NCBI GenBank assembly: GCA_051362555.1 | Contig: CM120641.1 | Coordinates: 26,480,401-26,544,400, forward strand | DNA: 64,000 bases | Direction: 5' to 3' | Source: Lingula anatina | Taxonomy: Eukaryota > Animalia > Brachiopoda | Part shown: piece after piece, positions 24,766 to 36,472 of the stretch | Layout of the letters: every line of letters begins with the position of its first letter | How positions within the stretch are numbered: position 1 is the first letter of the stretch | Position numbers and translations under genes: made by a program | The notes under the pieces: generated by a model | Database searches by the model: none | The model's input: the letters and a program-made list of their open reading frames with translations, nothing else | What the model was told of the DNA's origin: nothing

Positions 24766-25649
24766 CCATCCACTTGGCCCAGCTTAGTGATGGGGGAAAG
24801 AACTGTGCAAACTGGAGATGTGTTTCTTTATTTTATTATTTATTCATTTATTTTTTATTTTTTTATTTTAAATTTTTTTTGGTGCTGTCATCAAAGTGAC
24901 ACACCTAGTTTTGTGACCAACAAAATGTTTTTTTATCCAGTTTCACATAATGCTCGTCATAACAGAGTTGCTAAATTTGCTGTTCATTGGGAAAGGAAAT
25001 TAAGCAGACAAACTCTGTAGGTCATTAGCTAAAAGACATTTCATGAAGGGTTTTCCTCTGTGGTTCTGCAAATGAAATGTCTTTGACAGTATTGCTGTAG
25101 TTAATACAACTGCCGGGAGCATTAACGTCCTGCTGATGACATTAACAGTAACACTGCTGCTAAAGCAATACACTGACCACTGCAATCATGGCAAAAAAGT
25201 AAGGTGTCTTTGTTGGTGGTCAAGCAGCTGACCATACTGCCCATGAAACAAGCATGTTGATGGTAATCGAAAGAGAATACAAGAAGTTTTGCACCATCTT
25301 TGTAATATGTTGGCAGGGCTGTAGGTGTTGGCAGAGATGAGGCTGGGGACAATTTGCAAGTTGGTAATTTGTACTGCATGCAGCACTAATCTACACACTG
25401 AGTGTGGAAGAAGTAAAAAAAAATTCCAATGATGGCCTGAGTAAGAAAGAGGCTGATAAAATCTTAGGAAGAAAGGGGAAAGGTTTTCAAAAATAATATT
25501 TTAACCCCCCCCCCCCCCCTCCCAGCCTACAGCCCTGTCTTGGTCATATATATTATTATTATGTAAGTAGATACAGATGTACAAATCTTAACAGTAAAGT
25601 GCAGATGTAAAGGTACTGTACAAAATTGAGGTCTTGTAAGTACAGAGCA

Positions 25650-25655
25650 AATAAA
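25650..25655 (+). terminator. Likely CRNKL1 poly(A) signal
   Basis: AATAAA followed about 17 nt later by a U/GU-rich tract (tttttgttttagttttg). Confidence 0.55.
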
Positions 25656-25827
25656 ATTAGTGACTAAACAATTTTTGTTTTAGTTTTGAACCTCGTTAAG
25701 CATCAGGCAATATGAAACGGAAAAAATAAAAAATAAACTTTTTGTTGATATCATTCAGGTGTTCGTAGACTTGGTTATAAGTTTCATCATCAGAAATAAA
25801 GCAAATACATGACCTTGATAACTGTTA

Positions 25828-26017
25828 TCAACTATTTTGCTTCTCTGGTAGTATTTTGTACAACTCTTTTACCAAACCTTGAAGGACTTGACCAGATGCG
25901 TGTTCTTTGAGTTGGTCATAATGTTTCTTATGAACTGAAAGTGGCAGATACAGGCCGTTCTTCAAATGTTTAGGTGCAAATTTGATGTCTGGGAGGTAGG
26001 GGGCATCTGCTTCTGTC
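25828..26017 (-). CDS. Orphan terminal-exon-like segment of an unidentified gene or pseudogene
   Basis: Clean acceptor (ttttacag) followed by 62 open codons TEADAPYLPDIKFAPKHLKNGLYLPLSVHKKHYDQLKEHASGQVLQGLVKELYKILPEKQNS and a stop. No family recognised. Confidence 0.35.
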
Positions 26018-26985
26018 CTGTAAAAATTTACGTAAAGTATTTTTATACACTTATGTACCACCAAAACATTCAAACTCATTTTAAAGACATAAAAAATGAT
26101 TGAAAACTTTTTTGAAACAATGAGTGAATTTTTTCTGCTGAAGACTTGGGGTATTTTTAGAGATGGAGTTTTTGTGAGGTTTTTTTGGTCAAAATTTCAT
26201 TAAGTTTGTTTTGGGTTTTTATGTGCTGTCAATCAGTCTGAGAAAAGGTAGTTTGTTTTGGCTTATTTTGTTATTGGTGGTTTAAGAATAGTTAACTCAA
26301 ATAGTTGAATCTATTTCAAAAGAGCTTTTGACAGTTTAATTTAATTTCTGCAGGTTTGGCACCAACTCCGTTAAATAGGGCAAAGCAGTGTTGTTCTTAG
26401 CCATCAGCTATTGGCAAAAAAGTCACATTTATTCTCTCTCAGTTGCTTTTAAGAAACTGAGAAGGGCACAGAATTGGTGTCTTCAAAAAATACAAACCAC
26501 AGCCTGGTTCAGGGAGACACATAGGGCAACAGGTTCATTAACATGCACATGCTCGAGAAAATGTCATTTATCATTTTACCACATCTGTAGAATGTTATGT
26601 TACCTATAGCATGGGAACATGATTTGGGAGTCACGAGACAATAATTCTGTCACCAGAAACTTGATGACTATGACAGAAAAATGTCCTCTCAAAGGGAACT
26701 GTTCCCAGATCTTGGAGGAGTAGTTGTCATGAGACAATGATGATGTCACCTATTTCGTTCCCACTGCTTGTCACTGAAAAACAAATGTCTTGTGAACGTG
26801 ACAGAGGAGTCACAAGGAAATGATTTTGACACCAAGTGCTTCGTAATTGTGACAAAAACACCACGACGGATAAAACCTACGTACCCAGTGTTCTTATCGA
26901 CACCTTAGGTGTTTGAACTTTCACTGTTTACCAGCCTTACTGTCTCAGTGCTTGGTTCAGAGTTTGCCATGGGCAATGCATTTTG

Positions 26986-27304
26986 TCAGCATGAAAAGAA
27001 AATAACTGTCACCGCAGTTGACGTCACAGTACTGCTGCTGCTGTTTGGGGAATTGGTGCTCAATGTTGAGCCAGAAATTGTAGGAATGTTGTTTTTCTCC
27101 ACTTGTAACCACTGAGAACAAACTAGATTCATTTTGTGCAAACACTTCCCTGGGATACCTACTGTTTCTGTCATGACTGACTTCAGACCTTTATTACTGC
27201 TATTTTTGTTAGGCACATTTATTTCAAAATGCAATATTGCATGACTCTGGCACTGGTCCGATGCAGTTTGAGCACAAACCATCGGCTTGAAATTGTTTTC
27301 ACGA
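26986..27304 (-). pseudogene. Exon-like Cys-containing segment with an S/T-rich stalk and hydrophobic end; possible piece of a decayed secreted or GPI-anchored protein gene
   Basis: Acceptor ttttcttgtcatag, then an open frame RENNFKPMVCAQTASDQCQSHAIL...CLHKMNLVC...SSSSTVTSTAVTVIFFSC*. Confidence 0.25.
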
Positions 27305-27972
27305 CTATGACAAGAAAAATAAAATGTAGGAAAAAAGTAATTTAATTGGACCAGAACGATAATGGTTCTTGTCACAGTGAGAGTTTTGCATGCTATTAGT
27401 ACTGTTTACACTAGGACTTTTTAAAAACAGAATTTTGCCTCAGCCATTTTAATTCTTTGTCAGCAAATGCCATCATTAATGTTGGTATGCTGATTTACAG
27501 TTTAAAGTGGTCCTTGTCTGAACTGACTTCAAATCTGAACTGATCATGAGCCACATGCTGTCTGCTACAAGACTTGATCTGAAACCCAAATCACTATAGA
27601 GAAACAATAGCAACATTAAGTTTCTGCCTTAACATTATGACGGAGCATCAGGAGAACGAAAGCTGGCAACTTATCTTTATGTGCTTTGAAATTACGAGAA
27701 TTCTACGTGGCCAAATTTCAGCAATACTATTATTATTGTTAATTCGAACACAGCAGCTTAGTCTGACAAAAATGAGACAAACAAGCATGAAATTAACCTG
27801 AGGGACCCAAACAAGTTGGCATTACATCACACTGTCAGAAATGATTTCCCGGAGATAAAATGACAAACCATTTGTTGTTATATCTGAGAAAATTATTCTT
27901 GTCAGATTTGCAGTTTGACTTCAAAGAAAAGGTCATGGATCAGTTACCATTGGGGCCTCTACTCTTATTACC

Positions 27973-27978
27973 CTCTCT

Positions 27979-28060
<82 letters not shown>
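27973..28060. repeat. Compound (CT)n(CA)n microsatellite
   Basis: Read directly from the sequence. Confidence 0.95.
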
Positions 28061-28065
<5 letters not shown>

Positions 28066-31000
28066 ATACTGATATTTATTACTTAGAATATTGTATTTGA
28101 TATTGAATAAAAGATATCATATTGGATTAGAAGACGATTAATTATGCAAAATAAAAAATAACTCAAATTGTAAGAAATTATTTTAAGGACAGTCAAAACT
28201 TGATGTTAAATGTTAAAAGGTTAGTTCACATGTAGTCTTATTTATATTGAAAATTTCCTAACTGACAAATCGAAACAACAGTACTGACTTATTGGAACCC
28301 TCATTGCTTTAGACTTGAAAAAAATCCATGTTATTAGCAACACAAGCATCTGGTGACACAAATTGGTCTTTTGGATAAAGTTAGAACCAATGTGAACACA
28401 CCTCAAGATAAACAACTTGTCCTCTGCCACTGCAGTGTAATACATTCCCATCCGGACAGTTTGAAGTGATTTACAGGTAAATAAATAAACAGATAGTCAA
28501 ATGGCTTCCTCACAGATTGTTTGTTAGTGTGGGAGGTACCTGGGAGAAAAAGGGATTTCACAGTTCACTGAAAACTAGACAGGTGATTCTGATTAGAAGA
28601 AGATTCAGTTTTAAGACTCCTATACTCTGTCCCTGGGTGATGTTGTTTACTGATTTTCTATGTATACCTCACACTACTTAATTGCCTTAAGAACATTTGA
28701 GAGATTTTTTTTCCTATCATAGACTTAAAGGATATAAACATAAAATTGCTTTTATTAACTAAACAACAAAGCTTGCAAATATACAAACACCAAATAGAAA
28801 AAAATGCTGCAACAATAATTGCAATGAAAAAAAACCATAATTAACTTATGCAGATTTTTTAAATGAATTTGTGTTTTTACCAAACAAAGCTACTCAGCAA
28901 AATTGAAGTAAAAAAAATATGGTTTAGCAGCTAAAGGGTAAAAAAAAATGTTTAGAAATGTGTTGGACAGCAACACATGGAACAACTGCATCCAAAGAAA
29001 TTACAAAATGTTATAAGCCAATGAAAAAAAGCAAATAAACACTAATATAAAAGTAACTATGATAGCGACAACACAGACAGACACAGTGGTCAGAATACAT
29101 GGAGATACATATAGCTTCTGTATATAATAAGTGTGTGTGTAAATCGAGTCAAATTTATGTTGTTTCATTAAAAAGCTTTCTGTGGGTGTTTAAAGTTACT
29201 TATTCAATAAAGGGAAAATACAAAATATTGATTAAGATTTTTTGCTAAATAAAAATTGTCTTTTTCTAGAAATATGCATTAAGTGTTAACAACTCTATTT
29301 TGGGAGACCACACCCCCAAACCTTAAAGGAGGATGAACTCTGTATTATTATCTTGATTAAAGCAGTTACGCCTGGTTAGTCACTCTGATTAAATTAGAAT
29401 AGCATTAATCAATTGTTTGTTGCTAATTTGTTGTCCAAATATGTCCCATATTGGATTCTGATAACTAACTTATGCTTCAATTTTCTCACACTAAGTGACA
29501 TTCAGCTCTATGAATCACTCACTAACCAGAAAGTTAATCGAATTGAAAAATGATGTGGTTTTACTTCCAATGGGTTTCACTTTTTATCAGGACATGGAAT
29601 GAATCATTTGGATTTTATTTCAAATGTTCAAATCCGCATTTTATGTATGCACTTGTTCCTACTGCCATATTCATGTCATCTTGGCTGCATGTTTCTTGTA
29701 CTACTATTGTCCAATATACCTGATTGATTAAATACCCCCCCCCCCCCGTCCCCCTGAAGGCCATGATAGATGGATCATCAACACAAAATTTTCCATGAAA
29801 AATATTTGAATTATGCTTAAAAGCACTATCAGTTGGTACTATCAAAGGGCTCATGGGATACTTATGGTTCTTTAAAATCTATAAAAAATGTTTTCTTGCA
29901 ATCAAGCTATGGAAACATACCATATACAGTTTTACTGATATTACTCTACCTTTATCAACTCATAAGTCACAGATAAAAATGATGTGTTGTCACTAGATGG
30001 TATATTTCTGTGCTCTTATTTCTGGGAAATATATATTTTAAAATGGCTTTCATATAAGCTGCTTTGATTAAATTTTTTGGAGGAGGGAAGGGTTCTGTAG
30101 CACTTTGAATTCATTTGAATGTCTGACTTAAAGAAGACAGCATTGATATTGTCATGGCTGTAACAATTCTGAGTGCATGTCATTTGCCTTGAAAAAATGA
30201 ACAAAATATTGAAATAAACAATAATTTGGATAAACTGCTGTGTGGAATGCAATCACACAAGTATAAAATGATTTAGTTTGTAAACATTGAAAAGAAATTA
30301 CTTAAATTGCTCTTTTTTTGCCAGCAAATATTTTAATTTGTGCAAAATTCAACCACGTCTTCTGTTTAGATCTTGGCGGAAATGGCAACAGCACTCGTGT
30401 GGAACAACCGCAATTGTGCAATTGAATTTTGTCCCTTTCTTGTGTTAGATGTGGCAACAAATAATTTGTTTTATTGATTAGATCACAGAAATAGAACCCT
30501 ACCATAGCATATGTTCAAACCATTCACTCTAAAAGACCTGCATAGCCAAGATCACTGGAATTCCTCCACTAATGCCACTATTCACCCTATTAGGGAAATT
30601 GTTTTGAAATTTTCTTTTCCGTCAAAGTTATAAGTTACAGAACAAGACTTTGCTATGCTGTGGTTCACCTGTGAATTAACGGATACACCTGTACTCATAG
30701 ACCACATGGTTTTTCCAACTCACAAGTACCTTATGTGTTTCTTCTGTGCTGTTTTTACAGGTGATATATAAGGGAAGTGGCTGCTACTTCAAAGGACAAC
30801 CAATGTGATGCCACTTGGCATGCAAATATGTCAAATGTGAAGAATCATAATAATCATACAAAAGCAATTGTGTGTTTTAAATGAATTAACATTAGATGTT
30901 ACCTACCATAATGTTTTTGGATCTAGTAAATTCTGATAAATAAATTTGTACATTCACTGGGCACCATGTAAAGTAATACAATTTTCTGTCTATCCCTTTC

Positions 31001-31405
31001 ATACGATGCATGTTCTTGAAATGTTAGGATTGAAATTCATGTTAAGTATAAGAGTGTCCTTTATTTCCATCAGAGGTGGCTCAAAAAAATTAAAGACTTG
31101 GGACCAAAAAAATTAATCCACCATTCTTGAGGGAGGGGGGAAAGCCTGGGGGAACTGATTCAGCCCTTTTTTGTGAAGAGAATACCCAAACCCACTTATA
31201 TTTTGTGTACTTATTAACAGTAATTTGAAAAAAAAAAAAACTCTGTGTATGACTCTTTCATCAGTGACCTAAAATTATTATTATTATTATTATTATTTTT
31301 TTTTTTTTGCTGTTGTTTTTTCCCCTTTTTTCAAAAAATGTTAAAACAAACAATTTTCATTCAGAATCTAGTTAAAGTGACTTAAAAGTAAGGTGATGCT
31401 TATAC

Positions 31406-31433
31406 CAGGGAATTATATCGGTATAATTCCCTG
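31406..31433. mobile_element. 28-bp palindromic TIR remnant with a 7-bp TSD (P-element-like footprint)
   Basis: CAGGGAATTATATCGGTATAATTCCCTG flanked by CTTATAC at 31399-31405 and 31434-31440. Confidence 0.7.
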
Positions 31434-31458
31434 CTTATACTAAACCGCTTTCATGACC

Positions 31459-31503
31459 CTAGGATCCAACAAGATGTTCTTATGTTCTTATGTTGGATCT
31501 CAG
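31459..31503. mobile_element. 45-bp TIR remnant with an imperfect 7-bp TSD
   Basis: Arms GATCCAACA/TGTTGGATC around a filler of ATGTTCTT repeats; flanks CATGACC and CATGAAC. Confidence 0.5.
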
Positions 31504-33710
31504 CATGAACAAATCAGTTGGAGTCTCTGAATTGTATATTTTCATTCTGTGATATTACCATGGAATCAAACAGTTGAAAAAAATCTGCAGGGCTGCTTTA
31601 CTTTTCAAGTACCTGGTTTATAAAAAAATTCAGTTGCATGCTAGATTATTTGGATTATTTCTGGAAACAATGTATTTTTTTTTTACCCACAGCCATGAAT
31701 CATATATCACCTGCCATTACATCATAAAAGACAAAAGATCATGGTTGTCAATGTAATCTGGTTGGTAGTGCTTGCACTGTGTGGTACAGTTGGTTGAAGA
31801 AAAAACTTCTGTCAGCTTACACACTTCACTTAATTCTCTTGTTGAATATGGCTTTACAGGAGCTACAAAAATTTCAAAAAAATGCAATGATGTTTAGTAG
31901 AAATAACACTTTATAAGTGCCCTAATATGTTCTACTATTATTTGATAGTTTTATGGATTGATATGCCAGTGGTGATTTCTTTTCTTGTCATATACTTGTA
32001 GCAAAGCGTTGACAAACTTTTTTCCTTGAACTACTTTCAAAGATTTTATTTAAAAAATGTAATGGAGTATCAACCTGTATATAGTACATTTTCTAGGGTC
32101 TAAAGTTTTCAAATTAGACAACTTTTTTCATTTGGTCTCAGAGGATGAGAAAGATATCCAGGCTGGACAGTCTTCTAAAGCTTAATCACTTCCTTGTTAA
32201 TAAAACATCTTTCAAACAACAATTTTGACTCATGGGACCTTGGTAGTTGTAGTCCAACTCTAGATCTTTGTTTTGTGTCATAATAAAGGAAGTTTTTAAT
32301 CCAATCCTAAAGGTGTGTGTGTTTGGGAGGGAGGAGTGTGTTATAGCTAATCTGTTTTACATGCAGCTGATCTTTTGTTCCAGACGTTATCTACAGTACT
32401 TTATCTTATCTGGATTCTTTCATTTGGATTCTTTGCTTCATGCAGAGACAACTTGATTCCAACCCTGTCTGCTGTAATTAGACCCTAGGTGTGAAGAATC
32501 AACAACCTGCGTAATGGCTTTGCAATCATCCCATTAAAGTGATAAGATTGCTGTAAAATCTGGACAAACCACGGAGATGCCCTGGGTTTCAGAGTGTTTT
32601 GGGAAAGTTATTTGCTTATGGGTGTTGAATTTCAGGGTGTACTTTTTAATCTTTTTTTTTTTTTACCTTTTGGACAGAAGCTGATACACCATTTTGTCTT
32701 GGATCGAGAAAGGGAAAGCTGTGGCATTTTCATTATTGGGCCTCACTTGTTCATATCAAATGAGAATAATTTTGAAAATCTTAATTAAAGATTTTGTTTT
32801 TGTAATGAAATCACTACCACAACCTTGGTAAATTGAAATTTTTCATTTTCTAAAAAATTCCACGTGTCAATTATCCCAGTGTAAGGTAATGCTTGCCACA
32901 TGGTAAAACCAATATGCCTTTTATTAACCACATGTTTGTCAACACCTAGCCTAGAAACAGACTGCAAATCAAACCCTTCTGTCTCTCAGCACTGTTTAGG
33001 TTCCATCCACTCACTTGTCACTCATTTTAAATAGGCAGTGATGCTGATAAGGTTTATTGCTTCCAATATTGAATAGATGCTTTCTGTTTCTCTATCTCTA
33101 CAGATAGCAATTTGCTAACAGCAAATAGCAACCTTTTTAGTTCTCTTGTCCACTTTTAGGCTACGTACATTTAGATTTTTTTTTTTTTTTTTTTTTTGAG
33201 GGGGGGGTAATTTTATTATCATCTGCTCTTTGGGATATTTTTTTTTTATTTTGGACACACACACGGAGTAGAATACATTAACAGACAGACATCTTGTTCA
33301 ACGTATTCATGAATCTCCATCTGTGGAAAAGTGTATCCATTAGTCATTATTGCATGTGGGATTGGTAGATATTGCAGATACCGAAGCCAGGGACTAGTTT
33401 ACACATGCCTGGTTGAGCATGCGTTCTGCTCTACTGAACTCAGTCATGCAACATTGTCCTCAGCCAGGCAGTAATATCCTCCCAGATTGGTGTGGGCCTC
33501 TCCATCACTCCCAAATCTCTCAGCAGAGAGAGTCCAGCTTATATGTAACAGCAGGTCAACATATGGACACATAGGAGAAACTCGGGCAAGATTCTCACTA
33601 CAGCAATGTTTTGATTAATTTGAGTATAAGCCTCCTCTTTGTATTTGTAGCAGCTTTCAGTCATTCAAACTCATTCAGCCTCTACGTCACTGAGCTCCCT
33701 TCTGTAACGC

Positions 33711-35054
33711 TCTAGCTATGTGCCAAAAATATTTAAACAATCTGTGATAATACCTGTTCCAAAGCGCACGCCTGTTACCTGTCTTAATGACTTTAGGCCT
33801 GTAGCTCTAACTTCCATTGTTATGAAAGTGCTTGAGAAATTTGTTATGCAACATGTGAAATCAAAATTACCGACGTCCTTCGACCCTTTTCAATTTGCAT
33901 ATAGAAAAAACAGGTCGACGGAAGATGCTGTTGCTATTACTCTACATAATGTTCTTACTTTTTTGGATCGTAAAATCCCTAACTATGCAAGGTTACTTTT
34001 TATTGACTATAGTTCTGCTTTTAACACGATATCGCCTTTTAAACTTCACGAAAAACTTATTAACTCTCTCCATTTTAGTAAATCACTAAGTAATTGGATT
34101 TTAAATTTCTTAATTAATCGTACACAACAGGTCAGAGTCGGCAATAACTTTTCCAAGACTATAGAGATAAATACTGGCACGCCTCAGGGCTGCGTCATTT
34201 CGCCTCTCTTATATTCTCTGTTTACATCCGACTGTGTGGCTTCGTATCCTGATTGCTTGATTGTTAAGTTTGCAGATGATACCACCTGCGCTGGCCTTAT
34301 TAGCACTTCCGAGTCTGACTATCGAAATCAAGTTTCGGCCCTTGTTTCATGGTGCTCTGAAAACGACCTCGAGCTTAACGTTAAAAAGACAAAAGAAATT
34401 ATTGTAGATTTTAGGAAAAACCCAACAGAAATTAGCCATCTTACGCTGAATGGTTCTGAGGTTGAAATAGTCAGACATTTCAAATTTCTTGGCATACATA
34501 TATCTGATGATCTTAAATGGCACATTAACATAGATGATATTGTCCGCAAAGCTCAGCAAAGACTCTACTTTCTACGACGATTGAGGTCATTCTATGTCAA
34601 CCAAGAACTGCTGGCAAAATTTTACCGGGCTGTGATTGAGAGTGTGCTAACACAATCTTTCACCGTCTGGTACAGTAGTGCTACAGTAGAGGACAAGAAT
34701 CGCCTCAACCGCGTAGTAAAAACTGCCAGGCGCATTGTAGGTAGGGACCTGCCGTCTATTGAATGTTTGTATACGAGACGAGTGCTCAAGAAAGTAAAGT
34801 CAATCACGAGTGACCCTGGTCACCCAGCGAATAGCCTACTTATGCATATGTCAACAAGCCGACTGCGGTCATTAAAAGCAACCTCCACGCGCACTAAGAA
34901 TAGTTTTTATCCATCAGCAGTACGTATTTTTAATGAACAAAATGTATTTTAATAATTCCACTGTATCACATTTTATCGACAGATCATACCAACTTTCATT
35001 TTATATTTGTATAAATATGACAATAAATTATTATTATTATTATTATTATTATTA
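33711..35054 (+). mobile_element. 5'-truncated non-LTR retrotransposon, Rex1/Babar-like (CR1/L2 group)
   Basis: RT ORF followed by a short 3'UTR, AATAAA (35022-35027) and a (TTA)n tail. The endonuclease is absent and the 5' boundary is approximate. Confidence 0.9.
33720..34952 (+). CDS. Reverse transcriptase (partial ORF2, 410 aa, no internal stops, no true start codon)
   Basis: Motifs [64 protein letters not shown] and [12 protein letters not shown]. Confidence 0.9.
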   Translation: MPKIFKQSVIIPVPKRTPVTCLNDFRPVALTSIVMKVLEKFVMQHVKSKLPTSFDPFQFAYRKNRSTEDAVAITLHNVLTFLDRKIPNYARLLFIDYSSAFNTISPFKLHEKLINSLHFSKSLSNWILNFLINRTQQVRVGNNFSKTIEINTGTPQGCVISPLLYSLFTSDCVASYPDCLIVKFADDTTCAGLISTSESDYRNQVSALVSWCSENDLELNVKKTKEIIVDFRKNPTEISHLTLNGSEVEIVRHFKFLGIHISDDLKWHINIDDIVRKAQQRLYFLRRLRSFYVNQELLAKFYRAVIESVLTQSFTVWYSSATVEDKNRLNRVVKTARRIVGRDLPSIECLYTRRVLKKVKSITSDPGHPANSLLMHMSTSRLRSLKATSTRTKNSFYPSAVRIFNEQNVF

Positions 35055-35155
35055 AGATTAAGCTCTTGCTGTCTGCCAAAATCACTTAGCCCTGCCCACC
35101 ACTAATTATTAATGAATACCATTATTAATGTGTGTCTGGGGGCTGGCTCAGGCAC

Positions 35156-35164
35156 TATATAAAG
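35156..35164 (+). promoter_or_regulatory. TATA box of the IGFBP-N/LDLa/follistatin gene
   Basis: TATATAAAG in G/C-flanked context about 400 bp upstream of the ATG at 35566. Confidence 0.5.
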
Positions 35165-35565
35165 GCAAGAAAAATTGATTCATCCACTAAGTGAGGAGTA
35201 GAACAGTGAGATACAGTAGTTGTGGCCATTAAGTTATCAGAACACATACTTCAGTGGCCTTAGTGGAAGAGGAGTGTTTTGGGTACACAGATCAGGTGGA
35301 ATGTACAGAGGATTGAGGAAAACTGAAGGACTTTTCTCTGCTGTTTATTCATAATCCTATTGCTGTTTTTGTTCACAAGTGTCAAGATAAAGAGGTTTGG
35401 GTGGGGAAAATCACACCTCACTGTTGGCCTATTGGATAAGCATTCTTTCTCTGACGGCCATAGCTGAGCTATTACAGAGTATATACTGAGGAACTTTGCT
35501 GGCTGACAACACATTTGCTACAAGACGACTACATTCAGATAGGAGACCGTCTTTTCTTTTTCAAA

Positions 35566-36437
35566 ATGACAACGATGAACTGTCTGTGTTGTTTTTCTGT
35601 TGTCTTAGTGTGTATTATATTTGTCCCTACAGGAATTCATGGAGACACAGTGTGTGCATCGTGTGATCGTTCAAAATGCACAGCAGTCGATGACTGTCCC
35701 AAGGGACAGAAACTAGTAATGGATGAGTGCAACTGTTGCATGAGCTGTGAGGATGAGAATGCACCAGCAAAAATTCCAAAACGTAAGTATTATGTTTTTA
35801 CTGCCTGGAAAGAATCTTTGTATACTTTTTTTTCAAAACTTATCTTTAGAGCAACAAATGGCATTTTATAAGTACTTAATGTTTATGGTTTGCTCTCTAT
35901 GTATGTATATATTTATATATCATTTTATAAATGTTTGGGGAAATTTGTTCATTGTCCAATGTCTTATTAAGTACCTGTTAACTACTTTCAGTGTTTAAAA
36001 CAAGTATAACCAGAATTTAAATGGAAATATACGCTATATTACATTCAAGCAGTACATTTTCTTGCAGAGATGTAGCTGGCAAATAAATGCATTTTGAGAT
36101 TTTTGATTTTCATGAGTCGTGTGTCAATATGCATTTATTCCATGAAATGGCTCTTATTTTTTGGCAAACATGTTTGAGGTATTCATCACATGATTTTAGA
36201 CCTACATTACCAGTCTTACGGGGCCGTAGCGATAGTCCGAAGGTTCAATAGTCTGAAGGTTCATTGGTCCGAATGTTCACCATAGAACCTTCGGACCAAT
36301 GAACCCTTGATTAAAAATCGATGAAAATGTTACCACTTTTCGGACCAATGAACCTTCGGACCAATGTACCTTCGGACTATCGAGACGCCCCCGGTCTTAC
36401 AGTGGTTTATTAAGTCAGAAATAATACAAAGAGATCA

Positions 36438-36472
<35 letters not shown>

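Noticed and set aside
28707-28715. Minus-strand ATATCCTTT as another U12 donor
   Set aside because: No supported upstream exon; treated as a chance match.
33708-35077. 16-nt direct repeat (GCTCTAGCTATGTGCC / GCTCTTGCTGTCTGCC) as the LINE TSD
   Set aside because: Three mismatches are too many for so young an element and the left copy overlaps the ORF; it may be junction microhomology.
36229-36382. Regularly repeated 15-mers as a CRISPR-like array
   Set aside because: Eukaryotic context, no unique spacers, and explained by a MITE with a TSD.
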